This document shows, piece after piece, positions 12,501 through 23,770 of a DNA stretch of 64,000 nt; position 1 is the first letter of the stretch, and the number at the start of each line of letters is the position of its first letter. The DNA is from Lytechinus pictus (taxonomy: Eukaryota), in NCBI RefSeq assembly GCF_037042905.1, contig NC_087259.1:18228001-18292000 (forward strand), read 5' to 3'. The translations under genes and the position numbers were made by a program. Below the pieces are notes generated by a model that was given only the letters and a program-made list of their open reading frames with translations, was not told the origin of the DNA and ran no database searches.

Positions 12501-15500
12501 TAAGAATCAAAGTACCTTCGCGCGCGTTTCATGATTACGTATAATTACAAGTTTGAACGTTAATTTTCTTCATTTCCCAACAAATAATCATCGAGTCAGC
12601 ATGAATATATTGGATATGTCCAACCGTTACGCTTGTTCACGATGCGATAAAACTTTTAGTAGGAAATATAACATGCAGAGGCATGAACAAATTGAGCATG
12701 ATACTGGAGAAGAAACGAGTGAAGATGAAGAATCCGACCCATCCTCTCAAATGCAAAGAGTTGAAGAATCCAACGGTGATTCCGAAACGAGCGTATCAGA
12801 AAGCGATGGACACGAATCGTCAATGACAGCAAACATGGAAGAAACTGAAGACAACCTCGCTTATCGAGGATGGTTAGAGCAAGCCATGACGGCCACCAAG
12901 GACTTGAGAGACGAAAAATATCAGAAATACATCTCAGAAGGAATGGAAGAAGAAGACGCTAAAGCAAAGGCTCACGTGAAACTAATGTGGGCAGTCAAAC
13001 GCATCTTTTTCGATCTGTACTCTCAGTTCTTGCAGCAGAACGTGTACCTCGAAGACGCTGACATCAATCATGAAATCGTGTCCGATCTCACGGAAAGATT
13101 AGAGAATGGCATGGAATTCCGGAAAGCCGTACAGAGAGTGTTAGCCAGGCATGGTTCACAATTCGATGGTTTATTCCAGTATCAAGGTGACGATGACGAT
13201 AATGATGATGGTGGAGAAGAAACGGAGGGTGAAGATGGAACCTACAACTAAAGGCACAAACATCAGCTTGTCGAATAATCCAAGAAAACGCCGTCAACAT
13301 AAATGCGGGCATAAATGACAGTTTGAACTTCATTGTGTTCATATTTTCTGAATGCCATCCATAGACATGTGTTACAATCCAATAAGTTAAGCGAAGGGAA
13401 AGAAAAAAAAACGAGAACTTCACTTTAATATTAACAATGAACAGTTAATTATTTTGTTGTGACAACGTAATTTGAGAACATATCTTACATTATTTTTACC
13501 TTTGTATCAAAATCTGCTGTTTATACACTAATTGAACCTATCTACATTGAAATGGAATAGAATAAATGATAGTAATAATAAAGAATCATCCTTGACTGTA
13601 TAGTGTTTCATGTTATCACCATCTGTACTGCGGATGAATGAAGTTGATTGAAAGGAGTCGTCTACGGGTTTCAATATAGTATACTTTTGCGGGTCAGAGA
13701 GCCGTGCAGGTCATGTGAGTTAAAATGAAAAGTATGGAGGTATGTACAAAACAGTATGGAAAAGTCAGAGAGTTTTGATGGGGGAAAGTCTGGAATGAGT
13801 AGAGCTTGAGATGCCACTGTTATCAGGATTATAATCACATGTTGGATTACCAATAATTGTTGTAATAAGAGACAGAGAGAGCCGGCTTTCACCTTGAATA
13901 GGATATCCCAAGTTCAATGACGCCGACCCTCATTATCCAATTAAAATCGCGTCCCGCGTTTCATTATCCAATTAAGATGGCGTCCCCACGCGGAGTCATT
14001 ATCCAATTAAAATCGCGTCCCGCGCTCCATTATCCAATTAAAATCGCGTCCCGCGCTTCATTATCCAATTAAGATGGCGTCCCCACGCGGAGTCATTATC
14101 CAATTAAAATCGCGTCCCGCGCTCCATTATCCAATTAAAATCGCTTCCCGCGCTCCATTATCCAATTTCCTGTTTACCGCGTACCCAAAGGTCAAAGGTC
14201 ATGATTGACCGGAAGGTGGGGTCACGGGGTCAACAGTGACCGGAAGTTGGGGTCAAAGGTCATGCGGTCAAAGGTCATGCGGTCAAAGGTCATGGGTCAA
14301 AGGTCAAATTGGTATGAGGTCTCACCCATAACTACTATTTATTTCCAGTCTATCTTAAAGTTGCGAGCATTTGTAAAACAGTCGCAAGCATTGTCGCTGA
14401 ATTTCATTGAATTTTAATTCGCCACTGCTATGGTGCCGACTGTACCCACATTATTCCAACTCTGTTATACCCCGAAAAGTTCTTGCAGTAGAGTCCCAAA
14501 ACACCCGCAATCTTATATTGTGTTAAATTACAGAATATTAGTACAATTATTTCAATTTTCTTGTAATAAAACCCTTCATGTTTTAATAGATCTGTTCTTT
14601 TAAATTGCAGAAAATGTTTCTGCAAACAGTGTATAATAGTGTGTGTTAAATTAACCCAAGAATATTTCAAATATGTGCATCTGAGGTTTGTGAACACGTT
14701 ATGTTATTGGCCGTTTAGTAAAGATAATTATGTATATCTATAGTATACAAGTTTTTCCGAAATCTTATATAGAAGACAGTGAGTAAAGAAATATGTCTAT
14801 AATTACCAGTTCTGAGGGGTTTCCTTTTAGGCACAACTTTAGCTATTTTCATTATTTGTAGGAACACTCCCCTGCACCAATGTAAAGTTAAACATGTAAG
14901 AGGTGCAACTATAAATGGAATTACATCTTTTATCAAATCATTACTTGTACCATCAAAACCAGGGCTCTTCTTCTTTTTCAAGCCTTTTACATAATCTATA
15001 ACCTCAAAATTGACGACAGGAACGAAAAATATACATTTCTATCATTTGCACCGTCTAAATAATTTACAAAGGTTTCTTGTATATCGGGTATTATAGTGCT
15101 AGACAGAGTAACCCCAATGTGAGAAAAGTAATCATTAAATATTTCACACATCAGTTTCTTGTCTTTAGTCCAGTCATCTTTATAGATATGATATCACCCT
15201 CGTCTACGACTCGGGCGATATAAATCTAGTTTGGACGATATATGTCGTATCGCCCCGAGGTCAGTCAATATTGCTTTATTATCTTGAGTAAATTTGCGTA
15301 TTAACTTTCTACCAAATGCATCGCAAGAATTCTTCAATACTATGTTCTGGCAAAAATGGGAAAATGATCTTAAATATCAGTTTTACAATAATACGAGCAG
15401 TGGGAATAGGATACAAGTTGGTAAAACATTATTAAGTTTTGCATGTTTTCTGCTACTCTTGTTGGTTTATTAATCAGTGGAATCAAAGATAATGTACTTA

Positions 15501-18500
15501 ACTTAGAGTATCAACAAAATTACTAAAAGAGTTATCACTGTTGTAACAAAATGAATTAATGTTAAAGTCACCCATAATTACTATATTTTTATTACTGAAT
15601 TATGTGCTTAAAATAATTTTAAACATTCCTTCGATAAATTCATAAACGTCACCATTTGATGACCGATAGACAACTCTTACTAGCAAGTTTTTTTTTCTCA
15701 CCGGTCGGTTTACTGACGGTTAGTCTGACATCACTTGGTCTAATCATCAGATGGGTTAACAACATTCGGGCTAAACCCACTAAGTCCAATTCTCTTTTGG
15801 TCTAATGACCACTTGGTCTAATAGCTAATTAATCTAATGACCACTTGGTCTAATAGCCAATTGGTCTAATGACCACTTGGTCTAATAGCCAATTGGTCTA
15901 ATGACCACTTGGTCTAATAGCCAATTGGTCTAATGACCACTTGGTATAATAGCCAATTGGTCTAATGCCCAGTTCGGCTAATCCTCACTTGGTCCATTAC
16001 TCAGTTGGTCTAGTGTGCAGTTGGTCTTATTTCCATTTCGGCTAATTTCCACTTGGTCTAGTTTCCACTTCGGCTAATTTCCACTTGGTCTAATTTCCAG
16101 ATAGTTTAACATTCATTTCGTATACATGCCACTTGGTCTAATTTGTAGAGTTTGGTGACTTGTTTTCAAATTTCTGGTGAAATTTGTTAAGTTTGAAGCC
16201 GCGCGCCGGCTTCAAATCTTCACACGCGCGCTTCTCGATATTGGAGTATACAGTTAGAGTGACGTACGGTATATTTCCATCCTCAAATTGTTGAAATTAG
16301 GGGATTTTTAAAAGCCTTTGGGGAAGAAAAACAAATATTTGGGGATTAAACAAATTTTGGGGATATTTTGTCTATAAAGGGGACTTTTGAAGGTTTTCGT
16401 AAAAAACGAAAAAATTTGCTATTTTCTGTAAAATAACGCTGATAAACGATAATAGAGGTGAAAAAGGAAAAATTTGTATTCATCCACATCTATGTAGGCC
16501 TACACGATCTCCTCTAGATAGTTAATGGCTTGCTTAACCCAGTCAGGGTTTCTAATTTTTTAAGAAAACAAAAATCCCTGATTTTTCTCTGATGAAGTTT
16601 AAAAATTCCCTGGTTGTTATTTAAACTCATTCCCAGTTTTTCATGTTTTCTAGGTTGTTGCAGTGATATATTGTATTTTCATATACACATAGGCCTATTA
16701 TTATTTTTCATTATGTACCAGTAGGCCTACTTGTATTGTAGTAAAAGAAGCTACACTATAAAAAAAACATAAAATGTCATTCAATGAATGTTGTTTTAAT
16801 ATACAACAAAATATAACATTGTCTGACTGACTATCGTGCTTCGACTTTTAGGCCGATCAAGATTTCCTGATTTTGCCCTCATTTAAGGCATTTTCCCCTG
16901 ATTTGAGGTAATTCCCAGATTTTTCACTGACTGTTATCAAACTGTATCTAACTGGTCTGTTATTTGCCTCCAAACTTATTATTGAAATAACTAAACAAAA
17001 TATTCATAACAAAATTACATGATCTTATGGCTTTGTAACTTTTTGAATCCCCTAAACTGCATAACCATGATAACTATTGCTCATTTTCCATCAAGTTCAA
17101 GTATTGCCCGTAATGGTGCATAACAATGATTTAAAAGGGGCATCGACATGTTTACCAGATACGTATTCACACAATTAACGCGTTCCTTTCTTCATAATGT
17201 TATTCTGATAAAACCCTGCCATTCGACCATTATAAGCTGAAAGGTCCCCAACTTATTGTTCTGTAAATTTGCATGCAATGATGTAATGATGAGTATGATA
17301 TATTTTTCATCATCTTCTATATTATCGATATACCTATAGGCCTAATTATAAGAATTATATTTGATTAGAATAATTCATTTGATGAGCAACTATCTCGTCA
17401 TCGATAGTCCTTCACCGTGAGGTTTTGCGCCCAGCAGCCCTACCCCAGCTCTATCCCTCCGGATCCTGGCGACATGTATTGACGGATCCATGATATTAAT
17501 TTTATCCATTACGTATTTTGTTAATTCTAGATCAAATAAATAATAATGAATTATGTCATATTAGAATAAATGGACATTAGACCAACTGTGAATTAGACCA
17601 AGTGAAAATTAGACCAAGTGCTGATTAGCCCAACTGGGCATTAGACCAATGGGCGATTAGACCAAGTGGTCATTAGACGAATTTGATATTAGACCAAGTG
17701 GGGATTAAACGAATTGGACATTAGACCAAGTGAGAATTAGCCCAAATGGAAATTGGACGAATTGGATATTAAACCAAGTGGGAATTAGACGAATTGGATA
17801 TTAGCCGAACCGGTTGTAATTGAAATGAGTTTAGACTATGTGAAGTTGGACGAACTGATAAGTAGACCAAGTGGTATTAGACCATCCGATAATTCACCGG
17901 AATTATAATCTAAGTAAAAATGGATTCTACAAAACGGCTTTTCATAATACAGTAAAAAATGATGAAACATATCTAACTTTCATTTAAAAAGGAGTGAAGA
18001 AAATGCCGAGGCAAATAATGCAGAAAACTTAAGAACTAATCAGATGAAATAAGCAACTGGATGATATATACAATGTGTCTAAAATCAGACCAATTGTATC
18101 ATGTATGAAGCATGCATCTGGAGATTGCTTCATGAAATGACTTTTCTATCCTACAAAACAAATGGAAGGAGAAAAACAAACGTCATCAGAGATCCTAGAG
18201 CCAGAAGTTGAATCTTCAGGAAATCAGGGTCGGCTACTCGGGAAGAGTAGTGGTATCAGAATTATTCAAGCTCAAAGAAAACTGTAAGTAAATACTGTAC
18301 AGATGAATCACCAGAATTCTTTCATGTAGTTAAACATCATTTACATGGATGATGCTAGTATTTTCTCATCATTACACATCATTTTCTTCTAGCTTGTGAA
18401 ACAGGTCTTTTTGAATTCAGAACGTCCTGCTATTACTTCTCCCAGGGCACATCCGACTTCTACTCTTCTAAATCATCGTGCGAGGAACTTGGCATGCGAG

Positions 18501-21500
18501 TGGTGGAGATTGAATCGCAGGAGGAACAGGATTTCTTGGTGGCGAAGATCCAAGACAGTGATGCATCTGACGAGGATTACTGGATAGGGTTAACTGCGAT
18601 AACCTGGCTCGATGGGACACGCCTGACCTACGATAATATTGGCTGGGCTAGAAGTGGTGCTTTCAACGAAGGTGCGCAATGCTTTCGGATATATGCGGCA
18701 TCATCATCATCTCTTTTCAGGTGGTACGACGACGGTTGTTCCGAAACTAACTATTATATTTGTGAAGCGGAGAAAGGTGAGTGGAAATTTCCAACTAAAG
18801 ATTATGTACATGTATGCAACAGCTTAGCAAGGTATGATGGTGGGCCCCAAGTCTGCGCACCTAACAATTTGGGTTAAGATTTAACATGAATTTCTTCTTA
18901 TTTCACAAAATCTTTTGGTTAATAGTGTTCCTTGTATTATTAAGAGTAAGTGTACCAAATTTCTCATTAAAAAATGAAAGAAAATATAAGATTTTCTTGA
19001 AAAAACCTTTGGGCAGTCATTTTCAGATTGAAAAAAAAAAGGTACCCCATGTCTGCGCACTCATTCACTTTGCACACGATTCAGGGATTTTGATGACAAA
19101 GGCTGCATTTTGAGGCGGTCACATGAAATGCCCTGAATTCATTATTTTTCCACCATTTTGAGTCGGATTTTTTTATGAATACCTGTCTATGTATTGCATG
19201 TGTAAAGTTCGTGCTCGTTGCGTATCTTCTTTTACTAGAATCGCGCAGATACGCGGGTGCGCAGACTTGGGAGACCGCGCAGACATGGGGGAACTGACCA
19301 TATAGCGTCCAAAATGTCAATAATTTCTGGCGCCTCATTGAATGGCTGTCGCGTCCGGTTAGGCAATCGTGTAACCCGACCCGACGCGATCTAAACCCGA
19401 GGTGATAGCAAAAGCCTATTATATGGATCCGTCCCATCTCCACATACACTACGACAAAAATGAAATACTGCGGAGGGAGATTATAGATGCAATTTTCATC
19501 CTTCCGTTGTTGAACATCGCGAATTTGTGAATAATAAGGGTAAGCCCAAAAAGTTGCAAAGCTACACCATTAGATATATGCTTCACCATCTGTCCTTTTG
19601 TTTTTACAGCTTGTGGTGAATTCGAATCAAGTCATGACCTACAATTCCATGAATTCGAAGGGTCCTGCTATTATATCTCTTCAAATGAGGTCAACTTCTC
19701 AACGTCAATGTCGAACTGCGAATTCATCGGCATGCACCTTGTTTTCATCGCATCTCAAAGCGAGCAAGACAGCATCGTTGGTATGATTGAACTCCTTGAT
19801 CACGAATATACTAAAGAATACTGGATAGGTCTAACAGACTTGGGATGGGACGAGGACGGCTCTGGCCTGCCATATCATAACTTCGACTCCGATTCCCCGC
19901 ACTCCTTCGATAATGGCAGAGTTTGTTATCGCATGGACTCGGATTATCAATTCAAGTGGCTTGACATTGATTGTCATGATGAATATTATTCCATTTGTGA
20001 AAAGGGTGAGTGTTCGGAATATATTTTTTTTATGATAAGACATTTTGATTATCAACCTACGTGCATACCTAGAGCGAATGTTTATTTTTTGATTTTTTTT
20101 TGTGTGTGTTGTTGTTGCTAAAGTTGCTTGACTTGGTTATCAAAAGTGATGTCACAGTGCAAGCATAAGTTGAGAGTGGAGCACGACGGGAGTTCCAAAA
20201 ATAAGTGTAGGGATTCTTCAATTTAAAGGGATCTAAATAAATAGAGTAAAATTCATAAAGCAAAATACTGAATATTTCATCAAAATCGGACAACAAATAA
20301 CGAAGTTATTGAATTTTAAAGTTTATCAATATTTTGCGAAAACAGTTATATGCACATCGTCATGAATATTCATTAGGTGGGCTGATTTTGTCACATCCGC
20401 ACTTCGCTTTTTCTTATGTTATTACATGAAATCATAAACGTTTCATTTTTTCATGTGAAAATGATGTGTCTCCATTACGATGAAATTATTATGATGAGTT
20501 GCGGTAATAAATAACTAATGCATTTAATCAGTTGTCAATCCAATTGTTTTAGTTCTTGGTAGAAAAAATTTGAATAAACTTAATTTCATAAAATAAAATA
20601 CAAAAGAACAAGAGGGGATATGACATCATCAGCCCACCTAATGAATATTCATAAAGACATGCCTAGAACTGTTTTACTGGAATAGTGCAAATCTTTAAAA
20701 TTCAATAACTTCGTTATTTGTTATCAAATTTTGATCAAATTTTCAGCATTTTGCTTTGTGAATTTTACTCTATTCATTGGGATATATATCTTTCCAGCCT
20801 GGACCATCCCTTTAAGGATAGCTTGATAGTTATTTTTTTTGCACACAGAACAAGAAGCAAGCAATGACCCCACTACACCAGCAACATCCGTTACAGCATC
20901 AGTAGGAGCTACCACACCGTCATCAACAAAAACGAGCACAACAGAGAAGGTAACCGCATCTGAAGCCTCACCTTCAAGACAACCATGTAAGTCACAGATG
21001 AGTCGAACAACGTGTCTCATCAGAAACTTATTGATAGGATTTTTAAACTTGTCATCATCAACCAAACAAACTGCCGAGTACAGGCCAATTCTTTGGCCGA
21101 CGGTCGATGAATTATTAATTCAATTTAATCAATTGAATTTTACCAAACAATGGCCACATGATGAATTATTTGTTAGGTTGTATATTTTAAAACGCTGTGC
21201 CTAGATATGTAGTACTCATTTTACAATGTTATTAATTAGCGTGCTAAGCATGGCAATAGAAGTGAAGTGTAATTCTTGTGTCAGACACAGGGAGGATACA
21301 ATAGGCGCCGTAGGGTCTTTCTCCAAATTGCTTGCCACGTACATGGCTCCGCACGTCGAACATGGACCCCTTTCGGGCACCCAGGCGTTGCCGACGTCTT
21401 TTTATTTTGGGGGGGGGGGCGAGGATGTTATATTTGGGAGTTGGATTTATAGCGAAAATGGAAGTATGTCCAAATCATCAGTGATTTAAACATTCAAATG

Positions 21501-22532
21501 CTTATGAACTTTCTAATTATTTGTCAATTTTTTCTCAAATCTGCAGAATTGTTTCTTTGATTTTTTCTATTTCCACAGGTAACCCGTTTAAAGGGATTCA
21601 TTCCCCTTTAAATAGCATGTGTAGGGTAGTTTTTAGTACGCGTTGAAAGTAAATTAAAGGAACATCACTATGCCAATGCCATGAGATAAAGTTGAATAAT
21701 AGAGTCTTTGGTTGCTTAGTTGTTTCCAAACTAGCAAAGTACATCTACCTACTGCAAAAATTTACACCCAAAAGGCGTAAAATAGGGAATGGACTGCTGG
21801 TACACTGAAACGCATTACTTTCGGGCAAAGGCGTTTTTCTACTTCAAATAAAGTGTCATAGTATTTTTAACTTGTTGACGCACAAACACACACCCGCCGT
21901 CTACGGACCTGGCCACGGAGGATTATCTATTGTTACTTTCACACAAAAAAAAGGTTACCCAATATTGGGTAAAATGGGAACATGCATGTTTGTTGGGTAA
22001 AACGAAACCAAATATTTTGTAAATTTTACGCAATGTTGCGGTGAAATTTACCCTTCATACATGCATTTTGCTCCAATTTTTTTGGGGGGAAATACACAGC
22101 AAACATGCATTTTCCCTTTCGACCCAATAATGGGTATTTTTCACTGTTTGTTATGTCAGATGTGGGGTGCTGTGACAATTCTCAGCACCCCCAGTAACAA
22201 ACTAATCCTCCGTGGTCAGGTACCTGGCATACACACTCACACACGCACTCACTCACGCACACATGTACACAAAATATTAATATCAGTACAGTCCAGCCGT
22301 AAATCGTTTATAAACATGCAGCAAATAACAGGATATCCCCGTTGGTTAATTTTCTGGTATTTTTTCTTTTACTATTCATGTTTTTACAATGTAACTGTTT
22401 AATCGAGGGTTGTCTTTAATTTCCACATTTTAGTGACTGAAAAGACTCCCCCTCATACCAATTGTAACCCATGAATGTCACTGCCGTGCAGATTAGATGG
22501 AGTGGGACCTGGAGGTACTGCCCCCCCCCCCC

Positions 22533-22566
<34 letters not shown>

Positions 22567-23046
22567 CCAAGAAAGAAAAAAAGAAGGGAAAACGAAAGAA
22601 AATGAAAATGGGTGATATGTTACATTTATCGATAGATCTTTAGAACTCTATCACAAAGTTAAATTTTAATCTCAAAATGGCTCAAAGTTTTCTCTTCACT
22701 CGTGACAATCTCGATATTCTTTTCCCCATACACATTGTCGTGCCGAATTATAAAAGCTCGTTACGCCACTCAATGATATGTAATCCTTTTCTCTTTTTTG
22801 TCAGTTCGCAAGAAATCAGCATATTTCAAACTTGTAGCTGATGACAGTGAACTCGAGGACGCTTACGTGACCAGTACGCACCATGCGATATCGACCCTCA
22901 TCGAATGTGCTTTCGAGTGCCTCAACGACACCACGTGTTCTTGTTTCACCTATATTGCTAAAGAGGAGAAATGCTTATTGGGCAAATGTATCGCCGTGTC
23001 ATATCGAGAAAACCGACAGGGAGCTAAAACATATTATTATATATAA
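9560..23046 (+). CDS. Secreted double C-type-lectin / Thr-Ser linker / PAN-apple protein (gene model, about 418 aa)
   Basis: Exons 9560-9589 (tentative), 10292-10358, 18393-18776, 19610-20005, 20849-20986, 22805-23046. All junctions are GT-AG with phases 0,1,1,1,1, giving an open frame. Confidence 0.75.
10292..10358 (+). CDS. Lectin gene signal-peptide exon
   Basis: tag|ATG...MEISCYAILVAFWITTNLDISL(A)|gtaagt; hydrophobic, and its phase 1 end joins ACETG of the first CTL exon. Confidence 0.65.
10655..10930 (-). mobile_element. LINE (CR1/L2 group) 3' end fragment
   Basis: (TTA)n tail and GCGCC...GGCGC 3' stem-loop on the minus strand. Confidence 0.5.
11402..11809 (+). repeat. Left TIR of Polinton-like element
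   Basis: TGACCTTTGACC repeats, then about 8 copies of a 30-34-bp (TTAATTGGATAATG...CGCGGGACGCGAT) unit. Confidence 0.92.
11877..12508 (+). repeat. 10-bp variant minisatellite (about 63 units)
   Basis: Units AAGAATCCGT, AAGAATGAGT, AAACATCCGT and AAAAAATCCGT are interspersed. Confidence 0.97.
12601..13251 (+). CDS. Intronless C2H2 zinc-finger / acidic / helical protein carried by the Polinton-like element (216 aa from the first ATG)
   Basis: YACSRCDKTFSRKYNMQRHEQIEH C2H2 motif, E/D/S-rich tract, helical domain and acidic tail; no stops or frameshifts; AATAAA at about 13561. Confidence 0.8.
   Translation: MNILDMSNRYACSRCDKTFSRKYNMQRHEQIEHDTGEETSEDEESDPSSQMQRVEESNGDSETSVSESDGHESSMTANMEETEDNLAYRGWLEQAMTATKDLRDEKYQKYISEGMEEEDAKAKAHVKLMWAVKRIFFDLYSQFLQQNVYLEDADINHEIVSDLTERLENGMEFRKAVQRVLARHGSQFDGLFQYQGDDDDNDDGGEETEGEDGTYN
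13929..14336 (-). repeat. Right TIR of Polinton-like element
   Basis: Reverse complement of 11402-11809. Confidence 0.92.
14430..15170 (-). mobile_element. Degenerate CR1/Crack/Daphne-type LINE ORF2 fragment
   Basis: KSPGFDG...LIK...IVAPLT...KIAKVVP...GNYRHISLL motifs from the start of the RT region, frameshifted. Confidence 0.75.
15701..17900. mobile_element. Foldback-like element with inverted arrays of ~16-bp CACTTGGTCTAAT repeats
   Basis: Left array 15730-16142 (CCACTTGGTCTAAT) and right array 17575-17885 (ATTAGACCAAGTG) in opposite orientation; CCGG-type ends; related fragments at about 27600-27970 and 37800-38470. Confidence 0.6.
18393..18776 (+). CDS. C-type lectin domain exon 1
   Basis: CETGLFEFRTSCYYF...C...LAKI-like helix...YWIGL...W.DG...C...WYDDGC...YYICE; ag|...|gtgagt. 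Confidence 0.92.
18833..19300. mobile_element. Degenerate TA-flanked MITE
   Basis: CCCAAGTCTGCGCACC at the left is inverted as GGTGCGCAGACTTGGG at the right. Confidence 0.55.
19610..20005 (+). CDS. C-type lectin domain exon 2
   Basis: CGEF...FEGSCYYI...C...HLVFI.S..EQ...YWIGL...CY...WLDIDC...ICEK; cag|...|gtgagt. Confidence 0.92.
20227..20811. mobile_element. Kolobok-like MITE
   Basis: TTAA|AGGGAT...ATCCCT|TTAA with long internal inverted arms. Confidence 0.75.
20849..20986 (+). CDS. Thr/Ser/Pro-rich linker exon of lectin gene
   Basis: EQEASNDPTTPATSVTASVGATTPSSTKTSTTEKV...; cag|...|gtaagt, phase 1-1. Confidence 0.8.
22805..23046 (+). CDS. Terminal exon, PAN/apple-like domain
   Basis: YFKL...L...STLIECAFECLNDTTCSCFTY....KCLL pattern; polypyrimidine-cag acceptor; TAA stop. 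Confidence 0.8.
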
Positions 23047-23349
23047 TATAACCGATGAAATCATAGAACACCCCCCGCCACCCAGCGCTCCATCAAGCTT
23101 TTACGAAACACTTTTAAAAGTATTTTATATATTGGTTAAATATGAGTGGCTGACCAGCTCCCCACTTACATCATGATTAACCCTACTGTTCTTGATTGGT
23201 TTAAGAACATAGGAAGTGGGAAATTCGGGAACAAGGTGGCACGGGAATTATGTAAAAGTACAGTCTTTTGTCTGTCCAGTCCTTTTTCAAAGTCGCGAAG
23301 AATATATATCTCTTTTTCTGGGGGGGGGGGGGGTGGGGTGGGGAAGGGT

Positions 23350-23770
23350 AGATATATTTTAGGACGGGTTGTTTTGTCCTATATCAAACTATATTTTTTG
23401 ATAACTTCGTATTTATATTGTGAGTATTATTTATCTCTCATTTAATTTTTTTTTTCATTTGATTACATATATCTGTATTTGTAGTCTGTTATTTTGTTAT
23501 TTGTTGTGTTATCTATTTTTTGAGGGGCCCACATTGTACAAGCATTGCTTTTTAGTGGGTCCCTCCAATTCCATCTTAATATAATTTCTATTGAAAAATA
23601 GTATACATATTTAAACCTACAATGTGTTGCCCAAATTGTCTAAGTGTTTTTTTTTTCACAACATGTATATTATTTTTTTTTTTTGGCAACGGATACAAAT
23701 ATTTATGTTTATATATGGTATACAATTTGTTTTTGTTTGATGGAAGTGAAATAAATAAATTTGAATTTGA
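23350..23770 (+). mobile_element. LINE 3' UTR remnant
   Basis: GAGGGGCCCAC...GTGGGTCCCTC hairpin, then AATAAA followed by (TTTGAA)n tail. Confidence 0.5.

Larger units (their letters stand above)
11402..14336. mobile_element. Non-autonomous Polinton/Maverick-like element (2935 bp)
   Basis: Starts AGTAGT and ends ACTACT. TIRs of 408 bp (11402-11809 and 13929-14336) show no mismatch by eye. 6-bp TSD ATTTAT (11396-11401, 14337-14342). No pPolB, integrase, ATPase or capsid ORF is present. Confidence 0.88.

Noticed and set aside
11666-12532. Three long overlapping minus-strand ORFs (288, 188 and 211 aa)
   Set aside because: The reverse complement of the 10-bp repeat has no stop codon in any frame, so the ORFs are a by-product of the minisatellite.
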